Source: an uncultured Oscillospiraceae bacterium
Lineage (GTDB): Bacteria > Bacillota > Clostridia > Oscillospirales > Oscillospiraceae
NCBI GenBank assembly: GCA_947627715.1
Contig: CANQXK010000006.1
Coordinates: 17,355-81,354, forward strand
Direction of reading: 5' to 3'
Length of the DNA: 64,000 nucleotides
Under the pieces are notes generated by a model. That model did not search any database and had not been told where the DNA came from. It saw only the letters and a program-made list of their open reading frames with translations. Below are positions 1-10,900 of this stretch, one piece after another; position 1 is the stretch's first letter; every line of letters starts with the position of its first letter. A program made the position numbers and the translations under genes.

Positions 1-876
1 TTTGTAGGTGCCTGAGCCTGTAATGGTTTCTACCCATTGTTTGAACGGCTTACCCATGTTGCCTGTTTCAAAATTATTCGCGCTATTGGCCGCTGTATAT
101 TTTCTGCTATCAAGGGTATCCAGTGCAATCGTGCCGGTGTAATCACCCGAAAGCGTCTCAAATTTGAGATCAGCGTCTTCAATTATTTTACATTCCTCGC
201 TGCCGTTAATCAGTGTAATTGTCGTTTTAATACTTATATGTGTGCCAGTAAACCCAGCTCCCGGCACGGTGATGGTCAGCGCAAGTTCTTCGGCGTTGAT
301 CATCTGCGCCGACGGCAAGGGCGTCTGGCCGATGTTGGGACGCTCAATATAGGTGCCGCCGTAGTAGCCGACCATACGTCCGGCGTCAAGCCTCTTGTCC
401 TTTTCCGGCTTCACTTTGTCGTATGACTCGTTTGTATAGTCAAAGTCCTCCTTCTCCCAATACCACACCGCGTAGACCGCCCCGGTTTTCGCGTCGATCT
501 CCACCACATAGTGGTTATCATGGAGTTGGGATTCGATGGAGCCTCCCGGCACCAGGGAGGCGAGACTGTCGGCCTGCGCCGAGGTCACGGCAAGGAATCT
601 CCCCGTGCCGACGCCGGGATCGGGCTTCTCGTTTACCTCGACGGTGCTGAGAGCGTATAGGTTCGCCCCCGCGCTCTTCAACGCCGTCAGGCGGTTCTGC
701 GCTGCCACGAAGATGCTCCGGGCGCTGTCGTCCAGCTCCGTCAGCTTCAGGGAACGGTAGTAGCCGATCACGTTGGGGACGGCAATGGCCAGCAGGACCC
801 CGATGATTGCCACGACGATCAGGACCTCAGCCAGAGTGAAGCCATGGCTCTTCTTTCTTTTGGCTGATTTGAACAT
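1..876 (-). CDS. Prepilin-type N-terminal cleavage/methylation-domain protein (type IV pilin/pseudopilin-like); C-terminus lies beyond base 1
   Basis: My own reverse-strand translation from the ATG at 874-876 gives MFKSAKRKKSHG/FTLAEVLIVVAIIGVLLAIAVPN... This is a classic G/FTLxE prepilin-peptidase site followed by a hydrophobic helix. The frame stays open for 292 codons to base 1. It is not in the supplied ORF track because there is no stop codon in the window. A GAGG-like RBS lies upstream. Confidence 0.8.
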   Translation of the reverse strand, partial: MFKSAKRKKSHGFTLAEVLIVVAIIGVLLAIAVPNVIGYYRSLKLTELDDSARSIFVAAQNRLTALKSAGANLYALSTVEVNEKPDPGVGTGRFLAVTSAQADSLASLVPGGSIESQLHDNHYVVEIDAKTGAVYAVWYWEKEDFDYTNESYDKVKPEKDKRLDAGRMVGYYGGTYIERPNIGQTPLPSAQMINAEELALTITVPGAGFTGTHISIKTTITLINGSEECKIIEDADLKFETLSGDYTGTIALDTLDSRKYTAANSANNFETGNMGKPFKQWVETITGSGTYK

Positions 877-911
877 ATGGCGGATACCTCACTCGGATCG
901 GCCTCGCCGAC

Positions 912-939
912 TGTTCAATAAGGTACGCTTTTTGTAACA
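912..939. promoter_or_regulatory. Candidate serine-recombinase crossover site A (13-2-13 dyad, central dinucleotide AC)
   Basis: TGTTCAATAAGGT-AC-GCTTTTTGTAACA. The half-sites are imperfect inverted repeats with A-tracts, resembling hix/gix half-sites (TTATCAAAAACC). Confidence 0.45.
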
Positions 940-946
940 GGCCCTA

Positions 947-975
947 TTGAATTTGTTTCCGCCCCGTGATATAAT
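947..975 (+). promoter_or_regulatory. Near-consensus sigma-A promoter inside the segment bracketed by sites A and B
   Basis: TTGAAT (947-952), a 17-nt spacer, then TGnTATAAT (967-975, extended -10). It points rightwards, antisense to the recombinase gene. There is no plus-strand gene for more than 20 kb. Confidence 0.55.
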
Positions 976-976
976 G

Positions 977-1648
977 TTATGTAGCTATTTCCTTTATTAC
1001 TATGTACAAATTCCGGCTTTTCGCCTCTGTTCCAAAAGGTGTACTTTTTGTAACAGAGACTTCTCTGGCCCAACGCAAAAAAGTGTTGTACGAGATCCCC
1101 AGCTCCTTTGCCGCCTGCCGGGAGCCGATGTCGCCGGAGACATAGCGCGCCAGCACATCCGAAAATCCCTGGGGTCTGTTGAGGGGAGGCCGCCCGAACT
1201 GGACGCCCCGCTCCTTTGCCGCCGCGATGCCCTCCGCCTGACGCTGGCGAATGAATTCCCGCTCCGTCTGGGCCACGTAGCTCAAAAGCTGCAACACGAT
1301 GTCCGCGATCAACGTCCCCGTCAGGTCCCGTCCCTGCCGCGTGTCCAGAAGGGGCATATCCAGCACCACCACGGCGGCCTGCTTCTCCTTGGTGATGATC
1401 CGCCACTGCTCTAAAATTTCCTCATAGTTTCGCCCCAGCCGGTCGATGCTCTTGACCACAAGAGTGTCCCCGGCCCTTATTTTTCTCAGGAGCTTCTTGT
1501 AGCCGGGGCGCTCGAAGTCCTTCCCCGACTGCTTGTCCATAACGATGCAATTCTCCGCTACACCAAACTGCCTCATGGCGATGAGCTGCCTGTCCTCGTT
1601 CTGCTCCCGTGTGGACACACGGATATAACCGTACATTTTGCCTTCCAT
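977..1648 (-). CDS. Small serine recombinase (resolvase/DNA-invertase family) with C-terminal HTH
   Basis: MEGKMYGYIRVSTREQNEDRQ... contains the catalytic-Ser motif (YxRVST). The C-terminal HTH reads SRQAAKELGISYNTFLRW. An AAGGAGGAG RBS sits 5 nt upstream of the ATG at 1646-1648. The ORF-track start at 1666 is a TTG inside that RBS. Confidence 0.9.
   Translation of the reverse strand: MEGKMYGYIRVSTREQNEDRQLIAMRQFGVAENCIVMDKQSGKDFERPGYKKLLRKIRAGDTLVVKSIDRLGRNYEEILEQWRIITKEKQAAVVVLDMPLLDTRQGRDLTGTLIADIVLQLLSYVAQTEREFIRQRQAEGIAAAKERGVQFGRPPLNRPQGFSDVLARYVSGDIGSRQAAKELGISYNTFLRWAREVSVTKSTPFGTEAKSRNLYIVIKEIAT
1028..1055. promoter_or_regulatory. Candidate serine-recombinase crossover site B (13-2-13 dyad, central dinucleotide GT)
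   Basis: TGTTCCAAAAGGT-GT-ACTTTTTGTAACA. 11 of 13 positions match between the half-sites. The central GT is the reverse complement of the AC core in site A. Confidence 0.45.
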
Positions 1649-1740
1649 CCGATCTCCTCCTTGCAAAGATTACTCTTCCAAGAAGCAAACTAATATATTC
1701 CTCCACACGGCCGCAACCCCTAATTTAAAAAATGGATAAG

Positions 1741-1780
1741 CAAAACCCGTCATCGCGGCAAATCACCGTTATGACGGGTC
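1741..1780 (-). terminator. Rho-independent terminator downstream of giant gene 1
   Basis: A 9-bp stem (ACCCGTCAT/ATGACGGGT) is followed on the minus strand by a TTTTG run. Confidence 0.5.
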
Positions 1781-1930
1781 TTACAAGTATTGGTCTCTTT
1801 TTATGCTTTAGGGTAAGAGGGCGTAGGGGCCAGGCGGAGTTTGCGCGGGAATTGGGGATCGGTCATACGCCCCTTCAAAACCTCACCGCCACGTAGACAG
1901 GGTTGTCATGGTCCGTTGAGCCTGCGGGGT

Positions 1931-4900
1931 TTAGTACTTGAGGTTGGGGGCGAGCCAGCGTTTGAAGATCTCCGCCGACTCGGCGCGGGACGCGCGGCCG
2001 CCGGGAACAAGCTTCTCGCTCCCGCCGTAGCCCTTCACAAGCCCGGTCAGCGCGGCCCAGCGCATGGCGTCCTCCGCCCACGGGGACGTGTCGGCGGCAT
2101 CCGAGAAGGCCAGCACGTAGTCAGCCGGGACCTCCTTCAGTTCGCCGAACTTCTCCTCGTAGCGGTAGAGGATGGTGACCAGCTGCTCCCTGGTGATAAG
2201 GTCCTCCGGCCCGAAAACGGTGTCGGTGTAGCCCCTCACCACGTCCTCGCGCTGCGCCCAGGCGATGGCGTCCGCGTACCAGGTGCCAGGCTCCACGTCC
2301 ACGAAGGTGCTTGCGCCGCTGACTGCGGGGGTATCCATCATGTTGTAGAGCATCTGCGCCACCATGGCACGGGTCAGGCCCGCGTCGGGCAGGAAGATGT
2401 AGTTGCCGTAGCCCTTCATGATGCCGTTCTGGAGGACGAAGTGGACTCCGTCGTGATACCACGCCTTGGGCGAGGCATCCGTGTACTGGTCGATGGGGCA
2501 GGTTGCGTCCTTGGGGCAGTTGGCCGAGAAGATCACCTGCACGTCCACGTCGGAGGCCGGCATATTGAAGCTGTAGGTCCCGTCGCCGTTGTCGGTGACG
2601 GTGAGGACATTCCCCTGGGCGTCGGTGACGACAACGGAGTCAACGGTGCAGTCCGCGTCGGGCGTGACGGTGAGGGTGACCCTGGTTCCGGGGGCCGCCG
2701 TGTCGCGGTCCGCCGTGACGGTTCCGCCGTACTTCAGCTCAGGGACGTTGACCTCATACGCGCCGCCGCTGACGCCGCCGCTGCTGGGCGTGCTGTCCGG
2801 CACCGGCTGTTGAGAGACGCCGAAGGCGTACACGGAGAAGTTCCTGGCGCGGATCACGATGTAGGCCGTGCCCTCGCTTCCCTCGGTCACCTCGATATAG
2901 TAGCACTCCATGGTGGCTCTCGGTCCGTACTCCGGGGTGACGCGCCTCATCTGTTCAACAGTCTCCTTATCGCCCTGCTTGTGCTGGCGGTAGATGAAGA
3001 TGTGATCGTAGGCATCCTCAATGGGGATAAATTCTCCGCTGTCATCCGTAAGGGCTTCGAGCTTGTCAGCCATATCATTGGAAATCGGGAAGCGAAGCTC
3101 AATGAGGCTGGCGGTGGTGGGGATGGCTTCAGGGTCGCTCGTTGTCCCTCCGTCCCAACCTGAGCCGGTACTCGTGTACTCTGTCACCTGTTTTGTGACA
3201 GTCACATCGATCCAGTCGGAGATTTCTTTCGTATTCGATGCTGTCGGACTTTCATCGATCCCGGCTGCTTTATTGATTGCGTCCTTAATTCTACTCGCTT
3301 CATCTGCGGTCATTTCGATGCTCGAATCAACACCCAGTTCTTTTGCGTAGAGCGTAATATCGATCTCCGTCTTTGTAGTTGAGCCGCTGCCAGAATCGGG
3401 TATCGCCGCCTGCTGTTTTTCCGCATTGCTCAACACCCCGTCAAGGCCGCTGACCGTGGGTTCATTGCCATTTGATGAAAGGTTGCTTTCCATATTAGTG
3501 TCTATCGCAACGGTTTCAGCCTTGAACTCAACGGAAGCTGTGGGCGCGTTTACATTCAGCGACCCGGTTGTGCTGCTGACGCCATCGATTACCACTTCCA
3601 CAGTATAGGGACCATACTCAACATCCGTCAAATCTGTTGTCCACTCAGTAACCTTTCCGTCATCGCCGGTGGTGCCGGTGGCAACCACTTCTCCATCTTT
3701 GTCCTTTATGGTCACCGTTGCGCCGCTCACGGGAGCGCCGCTCTCGGAACTCTTGACGGTAATATCCGGCTCGCCCACGTAGGTCCACTTGGGATCTTCA
3801 GAAGGCTTACCCGGTTCATCTTCCTCCCACTCGTAGGCTTCGGTCTCCGCCGTGCCCTTGACGGTCACGTCGCCGGACTTCATGGTGATGTTGCCGTTCT
3901 TGTCCACGCTGAGGGTGGACTCCTTTCCGTCGCCCGCCTTGTCGGTCACGGTGGTGAGGGTATTGCCATTCTTGTCAAGGATGGTCAGGCTCTCGCCGTC
4001 GTTAAGGGTGATGTCGCCGGAGGCCTCGCCAAGGGTGACGGTCCTGCTCACGCTGCCGGTGACAGAGACATTTCCGTCCTTGTCCACGGTGATGGTGCAG
4101 CCACTCTCTCCGCCAACGTAGGTCACGCCGTCCACGGTCAGCTTCTCGCCTTCATCAAGGGAGAAGGACACATTTCCGCCGGACACAGAGGAGCTTGTCA
4201 ATTCCTTAGCTGCATCATCAGTACCATAAGCGCCCTTGACCTCAACGCCGTTGACCTTGGCGCTGCCGTTCTCAGGGATGGTGACAGAGGGGCCGCTGGC
4301 GTCCACGGCAACACTTCCGCTGCCGGTGTTCTCAAAGAGCGCGCCGCCGGCGCCGAGGGCATTGCCTTTTTCAAGTTCGACCTTGCCTTCGGCCAGCATG
4401 GGTCCGTCGGCTGTGAGTTCAACGGTGATTTCATCAGACCCTTCGGCGGGGGTGTAAGTGCCGGACTTGTCAGCGCCGGACTTGTCCTCGAATTTGACGC
4501 TGAGGTTCTCGCCCGCAGGAACGATGACCTTGGCTTTGTTGCCGTCCTCGGTCTCGACCGTCAGGCCGTCCTTGCTCTCCACGGTGAAGTCCCTGGTGTT
4601 CTCCCCGCTCCCGGCGGTGTAGCCAAGGCTGCCGTCTGTGGGAAGCTCAACGCTGCCAGACTGGAGGGACACGTTGCCCTCCCCGTCGGAGTGAAGCGTG
4701 AGTCTGTCGCTTCCGGCGTTCTTGTAGGTCACGTCCTTGCCGCCCTGCTGGACGGAGACGGAGCCGCCGTTGGAGACCTCAAGCTCGGCGTAAGGCTCGG
4801 TTGCGGGTGTATCTTCGCCGCCCTCGGTTCCCTTATAGGCCGTCACGGTGACTGTGTCGGAGGCGGGTTCTTCCTCCACAGGGTTTGTAAACCTGGTTTC

Positions 4901-7900
4901 CTCGAAGAGGATGTCCGCGCCGTCAGAAAGCTCCACAACGCCGTCCTTCAGGTACACGTTGCCCTGAGCGTCCATCCAGAGTTCGAGGCCGCCGTCTTTG
5001 GCGGTGTAGGTCTTGCCTTTGATGGTGACGCTGCCGCCTGCGGGGACGGAGATGTCCGCGCCCGTGCCGCCGTCAAGGGCGGTTCCGGCGGTGACGGTGA
5101 CTTCCTTGCTCTGAATCACCTGGCCGCTGACGGTAAGCTTTGCGCCAGCCTCATCGCTGCCGGTCACGGTCATCTTGCCCTCCGTCAACGTGACCTCGCC
5201 GGTCTCGTGGTTGACGGTGGCCTTTGTGTTGTCGGACGCGGCGGCGTAGTGGCCGATGGAGTCGCCCGCAGGTTCTTCAACCGTGCCCGTCACTTCGCCC
5301 TTGTCCTTGGGCTTTACGTCAAAGGCGGCACCATTATCAAGGTTCATGGCGGTGTTGCTGTCGTTCGTGCCGTTACGGTCTACATAGATGTTCTTTTCAG
5401 GGTCATTAGCGGGATCGGGCACAACAACATATTTCTGGCTGCTCTCGCCAGCCCTGTTGCCGTTGACCTTTTCCATCGCGGGAGGATCAAGCTGATTGTC
5501 CGTCCCGGAAGTGATGGCGGCATTGCCCTCATCGGAGGGGACGAAGTAATCATGCTTATTCTCAGGCGACGTACTCCCGGTCACGGTGACGGTGCCGCCG
5601 TCACGGCCGTCCTCGGCTTCGGTGTTGTCCACACCCTTGACGCCGGCCCTGCCGGCGTTGACTTCCACGTTCTGACCCTTGTAGGTGGTGGTGCCGCTGC
5701 CGTTCTCCACCTTCACGCTGGCGTTGTCAGTGCCAAAAGGCGTGGCCTGGGGCAGGATCACAGAACCCTGCTCCAGAGTGGCGGGGCCATTTTCATCTTC
5801 CTCAGCCAGGGTCAAAACTGTGTTGTCGGAGCCGGTGGTGAGCTTATCGGTACCAGCACCGGCGGGGACAAGAATCTCCGTTTCGGCGTCTCTAACCTCC
5901 ACGGTGCCGCCCGTCAGGGTGGTTTCGGGGGTCGGATTGTCGGAGTCCCCGTCCTTTTTGATGGTCAACTGAAGAGGTCCATCACCGGCGTTGGAGAAGT
6001 GGCCGACGACCTCATCAATCTCCTCGATTTCGTTGCCTTCCTCGTCCTTCTTGACGGTGACCGCCTCGACCTCGCCGTTCTCAACGTTGATCCAGGCCGG
6101 GCCGCCGGTAACTTCGATCTTTTTGCCGTCCTTTTCAACGGTCACGGTCTCGCCGTCCTCAATGTGGACAAGGCCGGCATCGGGATCGACAATAACGGTG
6201 AAATTCTCTCGGCCGGTTACATTGCCATCCTTGTCAACGGACAGTGAGGCTTCTTCCTGGCCTTCCTTCGGCCTGTAGGTCTTGCCATTGACGGTGACTT
6301 CGTTGCCCTCTCCGGGCTTAACCTTAATGCCGCCGTCATCGTCAAGCTCTACCGTAATGTCGTCGCCGCTGGCTACCACGGAGTTGTCGCCGATGTCCGC
6401 GCTGCCGCCGGAGAGGATTTCCACGGAGGCGTTCTCCAAATCGCCCTCGCCCTTGGCGTGGACGGTGATCGTCTTATCGCCGGTGTTCTCCACGGGGGTG
6501 CTGCTGTCGCCGGTCTTGACGTTCAGGCCCTCGCCGGGGTTGCCGCCCGCGGCGGGGTCAAGCTCGGCGGAGCCGTCCGTCAGCGTGGGATAGCCGTTCT
6601 CCGTATTCACGGGGACCTCGATCACCATGTCCTCGTCGGAGGGGTTGGTGTACTCAAGCTCCTTCTTATCGTCTGTGGGATTGCCCTCTTCGTCCAATAC
6701 GGGGACGTCCAGGGTGACAGAGTTTTTGTCACCCTCAGGCTCAGAGCCGGGGACGGTGACGGAGAATGTCTCGCCGTCCTTCTTTTCGACCTTCGTGCCG
6801 TCGGTGGGACTTTGGACCTCAGTGTCGCCCGCAGTAACGGGGGTGTCCGCAGGCAGGGTGACCTCGCCGCCGTGGAGCTTCACGTCTCCCTCCGGGGTGA
6901 CCTCAAGCTCAAGGTCGCCGGAGCCTTCGTTGGTATACGTCTTGGTATCGGGGTCTTTGCCCACGACAACGGAATTGCTGCCGGAATCGCCAGCGGCAGG
7001 CACCACGACCTTGGCGGAACCGTCTCCGTAACCATCATCGGCAGTCATAGGCGCGGTCACGGTGACCTGATCACTGCCGGAATCCGCCGGGTTTTCAAAC
7101 ACAATATCGCCAAACGGGATACTCTCGTTATCGTCCAGCACGATGGAGCCGTCCTTGAGGCTGACGTTTCCGTCCTCATCCACGTGCAGGGTCAGGCCGC
7201 TTTCGCCCTCAGCCGCCGTGTACTCGTCTTCGCCAATCTTGACAGACTTGCCAGCGGGAACCTTCACGTCCGCGCCGCCGTCATCATCGGTCATGGTGAC
7301 GGTGACGTCCTCGCCGGAAACCTCCAAGCCCTTGCCGCTCTCGTCTTCCGCAATGCCCTTGAGGGTGACGGAGGGATTATCTGTTTCGCCCAAATGCGGC
7401 TCAGTCTTCGTCATGTGCAGGCCGCCGTCTTCCAGCGTGACTTCGCCGGTGCCGTTGTCCACGGTGAAGTGGGAATCCGGCTCCGTGACCTCATAATGGC
7501 CGAGGGAACCTTCCTTGAGGTTCTCCTTATCCGACGTTCCCGGATTTGTTTTCTCCTTAATGTCGAAGGCCGCGCCCTTTTCGCCGAGTACGTGCGTCAC
7601 CGCTCCTTCGTCTGCTTCAGCCGGCTTGTCCGTCCAAAGAGTTCCCTGGCCGTCTACTTTTCCGTTATTTCCATCCGGCACCAAGACAAAATTTCCGTCG
7701 CCGGGGCCGTCCTTATTGTCGCTGATCTCGCCCTTGGCAGGATATTTCAGCGTGCCTTTCTCCATATCGGCGGCTCCACCATCTTCTCCCTCCGGGAAGA
7801 TGTATTCGGTGCCGTCCTGAACCTTGACCTTACCTGCGGGTGTCGTGGGAGCAACCTTGACAGACGGGTTCTCGCCGCCCTTTTCCGCAGCAAAGACTTC

Positions 7901-10900
7901 AACGTCCGTGCCTTCCAGCTTCTTCTCGCTATCACCATCTGTGGGGTCTTTGACCACGACGCTGCCCTTCGTTCCGTCCGAACCATCCGGGAAGATCACG
8001 TAACCCGACTCCAGCAGCGGGGGATTGCTCTTCTTTCCACTCTCTTCAGTACCGCTCTGCTTGAGGGTCGCGCCCTCCGCCCCGGCGGTCAGGGTATTGG
8101 GGTTTGCACCGCCATCATCGGTTATGGTGATGGACGAGTTGGGTCCGAGATCAAGACCCTTTTCGGGAATCTCATCGACTGTGACGTTACCGTTCCCGTC
8201 AACGGTGAAGGTAAGTTCACTGTCGCCGTTATTTTTATATGTATGCTCATTGCCATCGGCATCGGTGACGGTCAGGGTCTCGCCCGCGGGGACGGTGACC
8301 TTGGCCTTGCCGTCCTCCTGGACCTCGACCTTGACGGGATCCTTTGTGTCGCCATCAGGATCGGAATTACCGCTGCCAATCTCCACGCTGCCGAAGCCCA
8401 CGGACTCATCGTCGTCCAGGTCCACCGCGCCGGAGGTGATGTCGGGCTTGCCGTCCTCACCAATGACAAATTTGGTATTGCCCTCACCTTCGGGGACGCT
8501 GTACTCGGTCGCAGCTTCGCCCTCGCCGATTTCTACCGCGCCGCCGCTGGGGACGGTAACGGTGGGCTTGCCCTCAGCCTCGGTATCGGAACCGTTGACG
8601 GTGACGTCGCTTCCCTCGCCGCCCTTGTTGGTGACGGGGATATTCTTCTCATTCTCCCCTTCTCCGGCCTTGACGAGAATCGAAGCGTTAGTCTCCTCAT
8701 TTCCGGGGAGGGTCAAGGTGCCGCTGGTCAGAGTATTTCCGTCATCGTTGATCTCAATGACAAGAGGATCATCCCCGGCGTTGGTGTACTCGTCACCGCC
8801 GATTGTTACCTTGCCGTCTTCGGGCACAGTTACCGTGCCGGTTCCCTTTTCCTTATCGGCTCTAACGGTGATGTCTTTGTCGGTGTTGGGGTTGGTGACC
8901 TTTTCGCCGGCCACGTAGACAGAATTTTCGTGCGCTTCGGGGGTCCCGTCCTTCTTGGGCAGGGTGATCTCATCCTCCACCAGCTGGGCGTGGTCGCCTT
9001 TCTCGGCGTCCTTCACGAGGTCGAGCTTTGCGCCGGCCTCGCCAGCCGTATACTTGTTGTCATTGACCGTGACGGTATCGCCAGCGGGGACCTCCACCTG
9101 TCCGGCCACGTCGCCGTCGCCGCCCTTGGTGATCACGGTGTCGCCGGTGTTCCCCGCATCGGTCTTGACCGTGAAGCCGTCAGATTCAGTGCCGGTCACC
9201 TCAACAGTGGCCTCAGTTCCGCCGGGAATCGTGGCCTTTCCGCCGTCCTTAAGCCCGTCAAACGGCTTGTCCAGATCGTAGCCAGTATCTCCGCTGCCCT
9301 CGAACACCACGCCGTCAATGTCAACCGCAGTCTCCGGGTCGTCAGGCGTAACGGTGCCGGTTTTTTCCGCGCTATCAATATTAAAGGTAACAGGGCCTTC
9401 GGGAATGACGGTGTGATCTTCACCGTTGCCGTCTTTGACCTTCACGGAATTATCTTCCATGCCTTCGGGCAGGGCGTGGCTGTTGTCGCCCCGGTCAGGG
9501 TTAAACGTCACGGTTCCGTTTTCAACGGTGATCGTGCCGTCCGTCTCCACAGTGAGCGTGGCTTCAGCCCCGGCGGGCACAGTGTACGTCCGGCCATAGT
9601 AGTCCACAAAGGTCTTGGGGCCGGAGACGTTATTCCAGGTCTGCGCTTCATCCTTGGGAAGGCCCACGACGTTGACTGTGTTGTTGGCGGTCTGGTCATC
9701 TGTAAGGGCGTTCGTTGCCTCATCCACGTCGGTGCACATGGTGGAGCCGACCTGATAGACTACGGCCTTGGCGGTGCCGTCCGGGCCGACTACGACCGTG
9801 GCGGGACCATCAAATGTTTTGGGGCCTCCCTCTACTCCGTTGCCGGAGACTTGCGCACTGCCGCCGTCGGGAATCTCAATGACGGTATTGCCCTCGGTGG
9901 GATAGTCGTCCCTGACAAGCAGGTCCTTACTGCCGGTATTCTCAATCTTGGCATCATTGCCGCCATCACGGGGAAGGGTGACCTTCGCGTCAGAGGCTTC
10001 TTCGCTATCAGGCAGGACGATCTCGCCATCTTCCAGCGTCACGTCGCCGGAGGTGACGGCTTTGGAGCCGTCCGGGCGCAGCTCGACCTCGACCGGCTCT
10101 ACGCCGTTGTTGGAGTACACGTCGTCCCCGGTCTGCATCTTACCGCCAGCGGGGACGGTGACGGTGGCGCCATTTTCAGGCGAATCTGCATCAACGGTGA
10201 GTTGCGTGTCATCGTCCACGTTCTCAACCTTGACGTCCTCTTCGCCGACTTTGACGTGTACATCTTTCTCCGGGCCAACCTTCACGTCGCCGGATTCCAG
10301 CGTATAGACAGTAGGATCGCCTGTAGGATCAACCACAAGTACAGTGGGGCCTTCGGGAATCTCATACTCGCGTCCGTCAATTATTACCTTGCCGCCTGTT
10401 CCTTCGGGCGCGGTTACCTTGATATTACCGTCCTCGCTCTTTTCAACGGTAATATCCGTGCTGCCTGTATTCTCAACGACCTTGCCGTTGACCGTGACGG
10501 CGTTGTTGTGTTCACCGTCTTTCTTGGGCAGAGTGACGCTGCCCTCGGCAAGCTCCACGTGTCCCGCGCCCTCGCCTTCGTCCTTCACAAGGTCCAGCTT
10601 CGTGTTATCGGTCCCCTTGTAGCTGTTGTCGCCGACCTTGGCAGTCTTGCCGCTCTCAACCGTCGCCCGACCCACTTTGCCCGTGCCGTCTTCGCCGTCG
10701 GGAGCGGTCTTGGTCACTTCGGCTTCGCCGGTCACGGTAAGATTCGCATTGTCGCCGTCGGTCTTGAGGGTCTTGCCGGAGGGAACCGTCGCCGTCCCGT
10801 CAACCTCAAGCGCGGAATACGGGTCGTCAAGGGGGTATTCGGGGGCAGAGGGGCTGTTGAAGGTCACGCCGTCGATGGTGACGTTTTGAGCGGGCACACT

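Noticed and set aside
915-1414. ORFs 915-1406 (minus strand) and 947-1414 (plus strand) overlapping the serine recombinase gene.
   Set aside because: These are alternative frames of a clearly identified recombinase gene. The products are Arg/Gly/Pro-rich nonsense.
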